This document shows positions 55,104 to 64,000 of a stretch of 64,000 nt of DNA, one piece after another; positions within the stretch are counted from its first letter, which is position 1; each line of letters begins with the position of its first letter. The position numbers and the translations under genes are program-made. The notes below the pieces were generated by a model. The model was not told the DNA's origin. It ran no database searches and was given only the letters and a program-made list of their open reading frames with translations. This DNA is from an uncultured virus (IMG/VR IMGVR_UViG_3300032282_002939) (taxonomy: Duplodnaviria > Heunggongvirae > Uroviricota > Caudoviricetes), in the IMG/VR virus record IMGVR_UViG_3300032282_002939, positions 1 through 64,000 of that record. One strand, given 5' to 3'.

Positions 55104-55833
55104 TTTTTAATCTACATTTCTCGTTGTGGTATCTATAAACATTGCCTTTATTTCCCCAAAAATCACAATAAACACATTTTATTTTAGTATTATTTATAAG
55201 AGAAAATGCTCCAGCGTTTTTGATTTTTTGTTTGTGTTCTTCTGTTAATGGTGCTCGTTTTATACCTTTAGACGCTGCAATTAATTCACCCGAAATCCAT
55301 TTTGGATCATCATGCGTTGTATGAAAAATATTGCCATCAGAATCTTTAACTGTAATTTTACCTTTATTTCTATTATTTTCTAACATAGTATTTCTACGTT
55401 TAATTTTAGTTTCAATATTAGACGACTTTGTATCTCTTGTTTTTAATCCTTCAATATATTTTTCACGAATTTCTGGTCGCTGCATTGCTTCTTTAGTACG
55501 AATAGAGATTTTTTCTTTTCTAGATAATAAGTTACTTTCATCTAGCCATGTATCATTTACATTTTTTGAAAGATTATAATAACGAATTTTAAGTTCTTCA
55601 TCTTTCACTAAAGAAAGCCAATATTTTTCACGTTCATATAATTCTTTACGGTTGATATAAACACGTTCTAAAATTCTACGTTTAAAATCTTTAGGGCGGT
55701 GCTTATGTGCTTGTCGCATCCACGGAGATGAACAAATATACCCATCATTTTCTGTTCCCCAGTGCATACCAATATAATATCTTTTTTGTTTACGATCTAA
55801 CCAGATATAAACAAAACCATATTTTTCTTGCAT
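55090..55833 (-). mobile_element. Free-standing GIY-YIG (Seg-like) homing endonuclease between genes 13 and 14
   Basis: GFVYIW..RYYIGMH, DGYICSS, FKRRIL, YYNL; C-terminal CVYC...RYHNEKC. Confidence 0.88.
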
Positions 55834-55834
55834 T

Positions 55835-55871
55835 TAAATACTCCTTTGAAGTTATCTCTAGAGTATTTATA
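55835..55871 (-). promoter_or_regulatory. Late promoter overlapping an RBS-sequestering hairpin
   Basis: TATAAATA at 55864-55871; TAAATACTC pairs with GAGTATTTA over the GGAG. Confidence 0.75.
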
Positions 55872-55884
55872 TAAAGTATATATT

Positions 55885-56625
55885 TCAGCCGATCATATCG
55901 CTGACGGGCAACGAATAAGACGTAATCATATCTCTTTCTAATTCTGCACGTTCTTGATTGGCGTCAGCTAAAATTTGCAAACCATTAAACTCGATACCAC
56001 CAGGAAGTTTCATACCACGAAACTTTGAAAGATTAGCTCCCCATTGTTGCTTAATTAAACACGTAGCATATCTAAGCAACCAACGATCTCCCCATGCTTT
56101 TGTATAAACTTCTGGGTCGACTACTTGATATACTTCTGCTATTAAATAATTACCAGCGTCAAATTTATTCCAATCCATATCAAGATAAAGTTTATTGATG
56201 TGGCGATTGTATCTAAGTGGTTGTTTACCAACCAACATCATTTCAAGAAACTGAATATGTTGTAGAGCCATATAATATGGCACCATAGAAACAGAGGTAA
56301 GAGTGTATAAATCATTCAAAGCAATTTGATAACGAATATTGAATAGATTGTTTGTATTCAAAGCCTGACCGACCTCAAATACATTAACAGCGCCGATCAC
56401 GTTATCTGGAAGAGTAATGTATTTGTTTGTTATATCGGTTTGAGTGACCTGATGCTTATAGTATATTTTCTCAGCGCCCTCAAAATGATAATCCCAAAAA
56501 TAACGAAGAGCTTCGTCGACGCGATCATCAACTTGATCATCATCGACGTTAATTTCAATTACAGGTTTGCCTAAACGACGTAGGCAGTACTCTTTGAATT
56601 CGCTCTTTGTGGTAGGTATTGCCAA
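55885..56625 (-). CDS. 13: Neck protein gp13
   Basis: YCLRRLGKPVIEINV, K.QWG.NL.KF....LPGG. Confidence 0.94.
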   Translation of the reverse strand: MAIPTTKSEFKEYCLRRLGKPVIEINVDDDQVDDRVDEALRYFWDYHFEGAEKIYYKHQVTQTDITNKYITLPDNVIGAVNVFEVGQALNTNNLFNIRYQIALNDLYTLTSVSMVPYYMALQHIQFLEMMLVGKQPLRYNRHINKLYLDMDWNKFDAGNYLIAEVYQVVDPEVYTKAWGDRWLLRYATCLIKQQWGANLSKFRGMKLPGGIEFNGLQILADANQERAELERDMITSYSLPVSDMIG

Positions 56626-56626
56626 T

Positions 56627-56743
56627 TTAGTTACCTTTGAATTTTGCTATTACTTTATCAACATTATCTTTAACAAATTGTGGTTGAGGAAGAAAATTCC
56701 AACCGACAATAAGACCAATAACAAAAGAAATAAGTGTTAGCAT
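56627..56743 (-). CDS. 38-aa membrane peptide in the lysis cassette (not in ORF track)
   Basis: AAGGAG RBS; MLTLISFVIGLIVGWNFLPQPQFV. Confidence 0.65.
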   Translation of the reverse strand: MLTLISFVIGLIVGWNFLPQPQFVKDNVDKVIAKFKGN

Positions 56744-56764
56744 TTTTCTCTCCTTTTATTCTAT

Positions 56765-57217
56765 TTATTGAAATGGACCACCTTTTCTTGGTGGATCAGG
56801 TTCGTCATCAACAGTTACAGTTTGTGTTGTTGATGGTCTATTATAACTGGGTGTATACTGAGAAGAAGATGGCGAATAAGATGATCCAGAAGATTGACCA
56901 TATGACATTGAAGAAGATGATCCGTATGGAGATTGAGTTGTTGTAGTAGATACTGAAATTTTCTCTTGACCTCTGGACCAAGCAGAAACACCAATAATTG
57001 CACCCATGGCAATATGATATAATCCAGCGCCCTTTAGTGTCATTGGGTCCCACTGCTGAAATTTAGTTGCATTGAATAGTGCAAAGAAAACAGCATTTAG
57101 AATGGGTGCAATTAGAAAATCAAATAAACAGATAATAAAATAAGACCAACCCATTGCTGGTCGCCAATACGATTTAAGCCAATGTTCTTCTTCTTTTTTT
57201 TCTGTATTATCTGACAT
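56765..57217 (-). CDS. Holin-like membrane protein (3TM family)
   Basis: WRPAMGW.Y..IC.FDF..P, W.P.TL.G.GLYH.AMGAI.G; adjacent to the endolysin. Confidence 0.78.
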   Translation of the reverse strand: MSDNTEKKEEEHWLKSYWRPAMGWSYFIICLFDFLIAPILNAVFFALFNATKFQQWDPMTLKGAGLYHIAMGAIIGVSAWSRGQEKISVSTTTTQSPYGSSSSMSYGQSSGSSYSPSSSQYTPSYNRPSTTQTVTVDDEPDPPRKGGPFQ

Positions 57218-57839
57218 TGAATTGCTCTTGAACTTGTGGATACAATAGGTGGAAATGGTGTTTTCTATCATCAAGGCCGATGGTGCCACCATTAATTTTC
57301 TTTGTTATCATAACAATATCGTCGTGATCAGCATCTGGATTAATGTTTCTTGATTTCCAGTATTCACAGGCTACTTGAAGAGAAACAACAGGATCATATG
57401 CTGCTTCTGGATCGTTGATAAGATCAATACCAATAGCATTTCCATAACGATTGTAATTATCTTTACCAGTTAACTGGAATATGCCTCTGCCACGATATCT
57501 CCAACCATCACCAGATTCTTCTGATCCATTTCCCATACGATTAGAATAAACTCTATTGGCAATCATTTCTGGTTTACGAGCGTATTGTTCTGCCAATTGC
57601 ATTGACGGAAAATATCTTGGAAATACTCTAGTAAGACCTTGTGCAGAATAATTAAGATTTTCTACATTGATAGAAAACTCTCCTGATTCGTGCATGGCCT
57701 GTGCAAGAAAATGCGCGATTCTTAATGGAGTATTGATTTCATAAATCTCAAATATTTGATTCATATTATCGACCATGCCTTGTTGAAATTCTGGCTTGGC
57801 TCTTCTTGTAATACGTCTAATAAATTCTTCTGAGAGCAT
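57207..57839 (-). CDS. GH19 endolysin
   Basis: AHFLAQ..HES, ENLNYS, RMGN, YRGRG.FQLTGK.NY, INGG..GL.DR. Confidence 0.94.
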   Translation of the reverse strand: MLSEEFIRRITRRAKPEFQQGMVDNMNQIFEIYEINTPLRIAHFLAQAMHESGEFSINVENLNYSAQGLTRVFPRYFPSMQLAEQYARKPEMIANRVYSNRMGNGSEESGDGWRYRGRGIFQLTGKDNYNRYGNAIGIDLINDPEAAYDPVVSLQVACEYWKSRNINPDADHDDIVMITKKINGGTIGLDDRKHHFHLLYPQVQEQFNVR

Positions 57840-57849
57840 GTGTGTTTTC

Positions 57850-58437
57850 CTAATATTGATAGTTTATATGTAGAATGACAGAATCTACATCTAAAGATGG
57901 TGGAAGAGATTTTTGATCTGAACCATCGTGGATACCTGGAATCATATCTCCGCTATAATATGGTAATCTTTTATTTATTAAATTATTTTGTATGATACCA
58001 TTAGCTGGTATTTTTTCTACAATAGATATTACATTGTCTTCTACAAATTTCTGAGTTTGTCTGGAAATCCATTCATTATAAAATGTTTCTGAAGTGTATA
58101 CGTAAGCTACTTTAAATTCTCTAATGATCATATCATTTATTGTATAGATTATTAAATCATCATATTCATTTTTATAACTATCATTATGAATGGGAGGAAA
58201 ATGATCTATGTGGTATGCAAAATTATTGATTTCACTGATACTAGTGACTGCTTGTAAAGAGTTGTCTATATACAGCCCATAAGCTTGTTTGTTGATTTCA
58301 GGTTTGCCGATTTCTTTTTTTATCCGCATTTTTAAAATATTTGCAGAATTTTTAAAATTAATTTTAGTATTTTCAATGAAATTCAAATATTCTTTTGAAT
58401 CAAATACATCTATATTAAGATTTTTAATTTCTATCAT
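57850..58437 (-). CDS. Hypothetical protein
   Basis: GGAG RBS before the ATG at 58437. Confidence 0.6.
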   Translation of the reverse strand: MIEIKNLNIDVFDSKEYLNFIENTKINFKNSANILKMRIKKEIGKPEINKQAYGLYIDNSLQAVTSISEINNFAYHIDHFPPIHNDSYKNEYDDLIIYTINDMIIREFKVAYVYTSETFYNEWISRQTQKFVEDNVISIVEKIPANGIIQNNLINKRLPYYSGDMIPGIHDGSDQKSLPPSLDVDSVILHINYQY

Positions 58438-58441
58438 ATTT

Positions 58442-59146
58442 TTATCTCCATCTAGGACCGCTAAACCAAGCCACAAGAGAATTTCTCTTTCCTGATGTTA
58501 CCGGATTTACTTTATGAAGAGCAAATGATGGGAATATTATCGCTTCACCTTTATCCATTTTAAAACTACATATAGGATAATTATCTGGTGCTGTAGAAAA
58601 ATCATAAAAAAGAAATTCACCACCTTCATATTCTTCGTGTGAGCTTAACATTAATACAGTTGTTAATTTTCTAAATTTAGTCGATTCTGTTATGGAAGAA
58701 TTGTCTGGAATGTCATACCCAAAATGTTCGTCCATGTGCCAGTCGATGTGATTTTTATCTTGACCGGTATATCTAAGAAGATTAAATCTAAATAAGCTAT
58801 CAAGATCTAAATTAAAATATTTTTGATTTATATTCAAAGATTTCTCAATTATTTCATCAGCAAAGTATATATCATCTTTTTTATCGAATCTACTTATAGT
58901 AAAATGAATGCGGTCTATATTATTATAATTTTCACCAATTAAAGAGCCTTTCTTTTTATCCAAAGTGGGTTCTAATGTAAACAATTTATAATTAATCTCA
59001 TCAACTTTTTCTTTTGAAAGAAAATTTTCATCGTAATAATGAGTAACTCCTTTTGTATTATATCCATTTTTAGATAATTTTTCTTGGTGTATAGGCATTA
59101 CATCAGTATTTTTTTCTGATCCCAAACCATATTTTATATCAATCAT
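58442..59146 (-). CDS. 2OG-Fe(II) oxygenase (prolyl-hydroxylase-like)
   Basis: DWHMD, RKLT, YEGGEF, FPS..LHKV.PVTSG.RNSLV.W. Confidence 0.9.
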   Translation of the reverse strand: MIDIKYGLGSEKNTDVMPIHQEKLSKNGYNTKGVTHYYDENFLSKEKVDEINYKLFTLEPTLDKKKGSLIGENYNNIDRIHFTISRFDKKDDIYFADEIIEKSLNINQKYFNLDLDSLFRFNLLRYTGQDKNHIDWHMDEHFGYDIPDNSSITESTKFRKLTTVLMLSSHEEYEGGEFLFYDFSTAPDNYPICSFKMDKGEAIIFPSFALHKVNPVTSGKRNSLVAWFSGPRWR

Positions 59147-59163
59147 TTCAAACCCCTTCACAT

Positions 59164-59415
59164 TTATCCTCCTATAGAGCAAACACCAACACCAACTGGC
59201 GCTGTATAACTATACAAAACAGTCGAAGCATTTGCTGAAATACTTCCAGTGCTGCTTGACATATTAAGTCTTTTAAATCTTAAATAAGAGGTATTTGCTC
59301 CGTCTGCAATTGCACCATTTCCAGAGGCTAAATTGGTAACATTAGCAATAGCTACAGTATTTTGAGATGTAGAATCATTAAAAATAATAGCTGTTGCATT
59401 AATAGAAACGGTCAT
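59164..59415 (-). CDS. Small tail-associated protein (paralog 3)
   Basis: Shared N-terminus MTVSINATAIIFNDSTSQNT. Confidence 0.65.
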   Translation of the reverse strand: MTVSINATAIIFNDSTSQNTVAIANVTNLASGNGAIADGANTSYLRFKRLNMSSSTGSISANASTVLYSYTAPVGVGVCSIGG

Positions 59416-59425
59416 TGATTTCCCT

Positions 59426-59635
59426 TTAAATTGTAAAAGTTATAACATTAGCATTTTGAGTTATAGAACCAGTAGTCGTTTCAAATAATATTCTACATTC
59501 AGCATTAGAACCAGATTTAGAATAATAAACTGTGTTTCCAGAACCTAAATTTGTTATTGTCGTTATCCCCGCTGAATTTTGAGATGTAGAATCATTATTA
59601 AAAATGATAGCGGTTGAATTTATAGAAACAGTCAT
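59426..59635 (-). CDS. Small tail-associated protein (paralog 2)
   Basis: Shared N-terminus MTVSINSTAIIFNNDSTSQNS. Confidence 0.65.
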   Translation of the reverse strand: MTVSINSTAIIFNNDSTSQNSAGITTITNLGSGNTVYYSKSGSNAECRILFETTTGSITQNANVITFTI

Positions 59636-59641
59636 TTTTAT

Positions 59642-60673
59642 TTATCCGATGGTTATATGAGTAGAATTACCAGAAATAGTCAAATCTCCAGAAACTGCTA
59701 TACTTCTCAAAGACGGAGTATTTTCCAAAGTAAATTGTTGTATTCTTGAATCATTAATATCACTTAAATACATTTTATGACCATTAGAAGAATATGCTAT
59801 TCCAGAAACATTTCCTAGACCAGCAGTTCTTCCTGCACTAGTGGAAATGCTTATATTTGCCACTAATGTAGCCGTATTAACTTGCCATGGGGTTGATAAA
59901 TTATATTCATATATAATATCACTTGTATAGTCACCAATATACATTTTTGAACCAGTATTATTAAATTCTAATGCATTTGGTGATGTATTAGAAACAGAAA
60001 CGTTTCCAACCAAAGTCGCTGTCGATAAAGTCCAGGCAGAAGACAAGTCGTATTCATGTACTTTATCTAAAGTTAAACCAAGTACATACATCTTGGTACC
60101 ATCTGATTTAAATTTCAAACTTGTTGGATTGGTTTCGCCTGGAGTAACACCAATTACTAAATTACTTGTCATTGAGACAGTTGCTGTATTTACTTCCCAT
60201 GCACTAGAAACAGCATATTGAACTATTTTTGAACTTGATCCTGCTTGATTTGTTAAAAATAATTTACTTCCATCAGAACTAAAATCCATTCCATATGAAT
60301 TTGTCATTGCTCCCAAACTAGAACCAGTAAAATCCGCTATACCTGAAGTATATACTTGAGTTGCAGTATCTATTTGCCAAGCAGTTGACAAATTAAATTG
60401 TAACACTTGATCTGGACTGGAATCAAGTATATACATTTTTGTACCATCTGTTTTAAATCTTATTTCTTCTAAAGTTGTTCCATTACCACTTTTTTGTGTT
60501 TGTAGATATATTGTATTGGTTTGATATGCTACACCGTCTCCCGGAATAGAAATAATAGATACACCAGCAGTGCATGCAGTATTAGAATCAGCTAAGAAAC
60601 GTTGTGTTACCGCAGTATTTTGATAAGTTCCATCACTAAAAATTAACGCAGTAGAATTAATGGATACTGCCAT
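59642..60673 (-). CDS. Tail-associated protein with beta-propeller-like repeats (paralog 1)
   Basis: MAVSINSTALIFSDGTYQNT; repeats F..DGTKMY...Y.LS.AW...TAT. Confidence 0.75.
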   Translation of the reverse strand: MAVSINSTALIFSDGTYQNTAVTQRFLADSNTACTAGVSIISIPGDGVAYQTNTIYLQTQKSGNGTTLEEIRFKTDGTKMYILDSSPDQVLQFNLSTAWQIDTATQVYTSGIADFTGSSLGAMTNSYGMDFSSDGSKLFLTNQAGSSSKIVQYAVSSAWEVNTATVSMTSNLVIGVTPGETNPTSLKFKSDGTKMYVLGLTLDKVHEYDLSSAWTLSTATLVGNVSVSNTSPNALEFNNTGSKMYIGDYTSDIIYEYNLSTPWQVNTATLVANISISTSAGRTAGLGNVSGIAYSSNGHKMYLSDINDSRIQQFTLENTPSLRSIAVSGDLTISGNSTHITIG

Positions 60674-61463
60674 TCTTTATTTCCTCAATTTCTTTTCTTA
60701 ATTCTTTAATGGATTCGACTAATAATCCAACAATATTTCCATAAGCAACAAATTTCATACCATTTTCATTTATACTGACCGCTTCTGGTAATACTTTTTC
60801 TACTTCTTGAGCTATCAATCCTGTACTGATAACATCAGTATTGATGAATTTAAATGTTATACCATTTATAGCATTTATTTTTTCTAATGGATTTTCAATG
60901 ATTTTTATGTCAGACTTTAATCTTTCATCTGAAGATGAAGAAATAACACCAAGAGAAGTCACATTTCCGTTAAAATAACCAGTACCATTGACTGACAATT
61001 TATCGGCAGGCGCATTATTAGAAATACCAAAATTACCATTAGATACAAAATATGCTGCTGTGCCAATGGTTGCTGTGTTTGTTTGTAGAGTTAAAGCATA
61101 TGCGTTCACAAGAGAAGAATTTGCAGTGAACAGAGTTCCTGTTGAAACCGTTGTCGCATTAACAGTGCCAGTTGTATAAACGCCAGAAGTATTGGCTATT
61201 ACTGATGTCCCAACAGTATGCGAAGCGGCGTTGATAGTTCCAGTATGATATGCTCCAGTTGTATTAGCTATGAATGATGTGCTAATATTATAAGCAACTG
61301 CATTAACAACACTAGAATTGGCGGTAAAAGAAGTACCAACAGTATGTGATGCAGCATTAATCACTCCTGTTGTGTTCGCTATATACAACCCAGAACTGTT
61401 GGCTACTATATTAGAAGAAGCTACTTGAAGTCCGTTTTTGACTAAAAAATCTCTATCTGCCAT
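60657..61463 (-). CDS. Tail fibre protein with intramolecular chaperone (peptidase S74) domain
   Basis: DFLVKNGL N-terminus, INAASHTVGTS repeats, SDERLK, GLIAQEVE.VLPEAV, coiled-coil end. Confidence 0.88.
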   Translation of the reverse strand: MADRDFLVKNGLQVASSNIVANSSGLYIANTTGVINAASHTVGTSFTANSSVVNAVAYNISTSFIANTTGAYHTGTINAASHTVGTSVIANTSGVYTTGTVNATTVSTGTLFTANSSLVNAYALTLQTNTATIGTAAYFVSNGNFGISNNAPADKLSVNGTGYFNGNVTSLGVISSSSDERLKSDIKIIENPLEKINAINGITFKFINTDVISTGLIAQEVEKVLPEAVSINENGMKFVAYGNIVGLLVESIKELRKEIEEIKNGSIH

Positions 61464-61498
61464 CTGGTTCCCTTTCCCACAGAGGTTTTATTTTATTT

Positions 61499-61506
61499 TA
61501 TTTATA
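61499..61506 (-). promoter_or_regulatory. T4-type late promoter
   Basis: TATAAATA upstream of the tail fibre gene. Confidence 0.72.
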
Positions 61507-61512
61507 TAATTC

Positions 61513-62406
61513 TTACCACCAAGAAACTATAATAACTCCTGGACCACCATCACCACCCCTACCACCTCCTAATGAACCTCCAGCACCTCCGCCACCACCC
61601 CCAGAACCAAAAGCACCAGCGCCGCCAGCACCCCCAACAAATATTGTGCTTGCACCCGCACCACCTCCGCCTGAACCTCCACAAGACATGAATGGTTTTG
61701 TGAACATTACACCAGCATTACCATTTGTTTGAGAAGCACCACCAGGAATAGTAGGTATAAATCCTGCACCTGTTATAGCACCACCAGCACCTGTGCTAGC
61801 ACCACCTGTTCCACCTGCGCCACCTGATACTATAATATTAGCTATAGCACCCCAAGTAACCGCTGAAGGGCTAACGGCTGAGCTTTCATTCTGCGCACCT
61901 CCAGCGGTACCTACTTGACCAATAGAAGTAGTGTATAGACCATAGTTATTCCATCTATCAGAAGTAGAGGCTGAACCAGCAGTGCCAGCAGCACCTAATG
62001 CAATAGAACTTCCACCACCTCCTGCACCACCACCACTTGCACTTAAAACATAATCTCCTGTTGGACCTATGAGAGCAACATAGCTTACAGTTCCTGCTGT
62101 TCCGCCAGTAGAAGCAGCACCACCCGGACCTCCAGGTCCTGGTGAGACGTAAAGGGTATCTGGAATATAACTAGCAGGTAACATAAGAGTCGTTATTGCA
62201 CCAGAACCTCCGCCACCACCGCCGCCTCTAGCAGTAGTAGATGAGTTAGTATGACCACCTCCACCTCCACCACCACCTCCAACAAGATAGAAATTGAAGT
62301 AACTTACACCTCTTGGTTTTATGAAAGTATAGACGTTTGTTGCTTCAGCAAAATAGATCGCATAGTTACCATCCATTGATCTCGGTAGATGTGAAAAATC
62401 ACTCAT
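61513..62406 (-). CDS. Glycine-rich tail-fibre/adhesin-like protein (tandem paralog)
   Basis: DFSH, KPRGV, GGGGGGG, IPD.LY, G.GGPG.III.W. Confidence 0.78.
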   Translation of the reverse strand: MSDFSHLPRSMDGNYAIYFAEATNVYTFIKPRGVSYFNFYLVGGGGGGGGGHTNSSTTARGGGGGGGSGAITTLMLPASYIPDTLYVSPGPGGPGGAASTGGTAGTVSYVALIGPTGDYVLSASGGGAGGGGSSIALGAAGTAGSASTSDRWNNYGLYTTSIGQVGTAGGAQNESSAVSPSAVTWGAIANIIVSGGAGGTGGASTGAGGAITGAGFIPTIPGGASQTNGNAGVMFTKPFMSCGGSGGGGAGASTIFVGGAGGAGAFGSGGGGGGAGGSLGGGRGGDGGPGVIIVSWW

Positions 62407-62407
62407 G

Positions 62408-63316
62408 TTAAAACCCCCAGATCATTACTAAACCAGAACCACCTCGTCCTCCTAAAGAAGAATTTCCAGAGTTGTTGATATAAGTACCGCCACCGCCGCC
62501 GCCAGAACCAATACCCGCATCACCTCCAGTTCCGCCATTACCAGTAGCGGCTCTACAACCTCCACCACCGGAACCTCCACAAGACATAAAAGGCTGCATA
62601 TAAGTAAGCCCAGATTGACCATTAGTTGCAGTTGAACTTGTGCTTCCAGCACCCCCACTGATTGTCGGCATAAAACCAGCACCAGTTATAGAACCTCCTG
62701 TACGCGCTGTTGGCGTTGTAGTACTACCACCACCGCTAGCACCACCGGATAAAATTATAGAACCCCATGTAATACCCGCAGATGGCTCTGATGTAGTTCC
62801 TGTAGCGCCCGCTTGCCCCGCAAATAAAGAATAACTTCCATAAGACCCAAGAATCATATTTGTAGCAGTTGCAGCAGCTCCCGCCGAACCACCGGCTGCG
62901 CTTCCGGCGCCACCGCCACTTGCATAACATATTACATACGCGGCAGTAGTATTTGGTTGTACAGAAATATAAGACGCGCCTCCGCTACCACCGGATGTAC
63001 CATGCGATCCATCGATCGTGCCAGTGTTAATTCCTGCTGATCCTCCAGCGCCTGAATTGACATATAGAATATCAGGAATTAGACTAGCATGGATTAACAT
63101 AGTAGTAATTCCTCCTGAACCACCGCCTCCACCGCCAAAACCATTACTAGCTGAAGCTACTGAGCGTCCAGCACCGCCGCCTCCACCGCCACCTATACAT
63201 ACAATATAGATGCTTGTTATTCCTCTAGGCTTATTCCAGACTTGCCATTGAGAAATACTATAATATACTGAAAAGTTTGATCTGAGATTTTGTGAAATAT
63301 GTGAGAAGTCTAACAT
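62408..63316 (-). CDS. Glycine-rich tail-fibre/adhesin-like protein (tandem paralog)
   Basis: MLDFSH, W.KPRGI, IGGGGGGG, IPDILY, GGSGLVMI. Confidence 0.78.
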   Translation of the reverse strand: MLDFSHISQNLRSNFSVYYSISQWQVWNKPRGITSIYIVCIGGGGGGGAGRSVASASNGFGGGGGGSGGITTMLIHASLIPDILYVNSGAGGSAGINTGTIDGSHGTSGGSGGASYISVQPNTTAAYVICYASGGGAGSAAGGSAGAAATATNMILGSYGSYSLFAGQAGATGTTSEPSAGITWGSIILSGGASGGGSTTTPTARTGGSITGAGFMPTISGGAGSTSSTATNGQSGLTYMQPFMSCGGSGGGGCRAATGNGGTGGDAGIGSGGGGGGTYINNSGNSSLGGRGGSGLVMIWGF

Positions 63317-63320
63317 GTTA

Positions 63321-64000
63321 CTACCATGATGTTATTATTACCAAGCCAGGACCGCCGTTACCGCCAGCACCACCGCCACTTGTACCTCCAGCACCGCCAC
63401 CACCGCCGCCGCATCCATATGTTGCATTACCACCTCTAGCACCTGCTGTTGTCGTTGAGTTAGATGAACCCCCACCTGACCCTCCAAGAAAAACTAAAGG
63501 GACTAAAAAACCAGATCCGGCTACTCCAGCACCCGGAGAAGCGCCACCAGAACCACCAGAAATTATGGTACTTTGAAAAACTGAAGGTAGTGGTGCACCA
63601 CCAGTTCCCAAGTTACCTCCCGCAACACCAGAACCGCCTCCACCACCAGCACCGCCAATAGTTATGTCACCTCCCATGGTTGTGGAACCCGCAGCAGTAC
63701 CGCTTACAGCACCACCAGCTCCACCAGTATTTCCCGCAACAGCGGTAAATATTGCAAAATTTGAAAAAGTAGCAGAAGTTGAAACCATAGCAACAGCAGC
63801 AGCACCACCAGCAGCATTGAGGGTAGTTGGACCTGCTGCACCCCCACCACCACCATTAGCATAAGCAAGTAAATATGCTGCTGTGGTGCTTGGATATAAA
63901 CTTACATAACTAGCCCCGCCGTCAGAACCATTAACTCCTGAGCCAGTTGAACCAGCACCTCCTCGACCAACTTGAATGTATAATAAATCAGGTAATAAAA
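63321..64000 (-). CDS. Glycine-rich tail-fibre/adhesin-like protein (tandem paralog; 5' end outside window)
   Basis: Frame open to the window edge: LPDLLYIQVG...GGNGGPGLVIITSW. Confidence 0.75.
   Translation of the reverse strand, partial: LLPDLLYIQVGRGGAGSTGSGVNGSDGGASYVSLYPSTTAAYLLAYANGGGGGAAGPTTLNAAGGAAAVAMVSTSATFSNFAIFTAVAGNTGGAGGAVSGTAAGSTTMGGDITIGGAGGGGGSGVAGGNLGTGGAPLPSVFQSTIISGGSGGASPGAGVAGSGFLVPLVFLGGSGGGSSNSTTTAGARGGNATYGCGGGGGGAGGTSGGGAGGNGGPGLVIITSW

Noticed and set aside
61513..64000. Diversity-generating retroelement or CRISPR-like array in the glycine-rich genes
   Set aside because: No reverse transcriptase, no adenine-specific TR/VR pair and no regularly spaced identical repeats were seen; the repetition reflects Gly/Ala codons

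Overview
AT-rich segment of a large T4-like (T4-superfamily) myovirus genome; an alphaproteobacterial host is suggested but not shown. The + strand arm (1-18.3 kb) carries nucleotide metabolism and host-like accessory genes: nrdA (partial) and nrdB, dCMP deaminase, dNMP kinase, two SpeD-like decarboxylases, RlpA, ClpP, glutaredoxin, two methyltransferases, an NDP-heptose pathway with a glycosyltransferase, RNase H, PhoH and an exonuclease. The - strand arm carries an outer-membrane beta-barrel, a tRNA/ncRNA cluster, regA-gp62-gp44-gp45, a putative DNA hypermodification operon (TET/JBP dioxygenase, Ntn amidotransferase, amidoligase, GNAT, aGPT-PPlase clade 2, P-loop kinase, GT-A protein), gp46/47/55, uvsW/uvsY, head, tail and neck genes, a lysis cassette and tail-fibre/glycine-rich genes. 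The highlights are: the base-modification operon; the heptose pathway; an nrdB whose 3' end is duplicated onto a homing endonuclease, with the conserved Glu residues kept only in the endonuclease copy; a terminase fractured by an atypically split intein; 8/4-fold tRNAs including a tRNA-Gly with a variable hairpin; two tRNAs with unpaired acceptor stems; several unexplained structured RNAs; ATT/ATC start codons; and a likely A9 frameshift. All calls come from reading motifs by eye; no searches were run.
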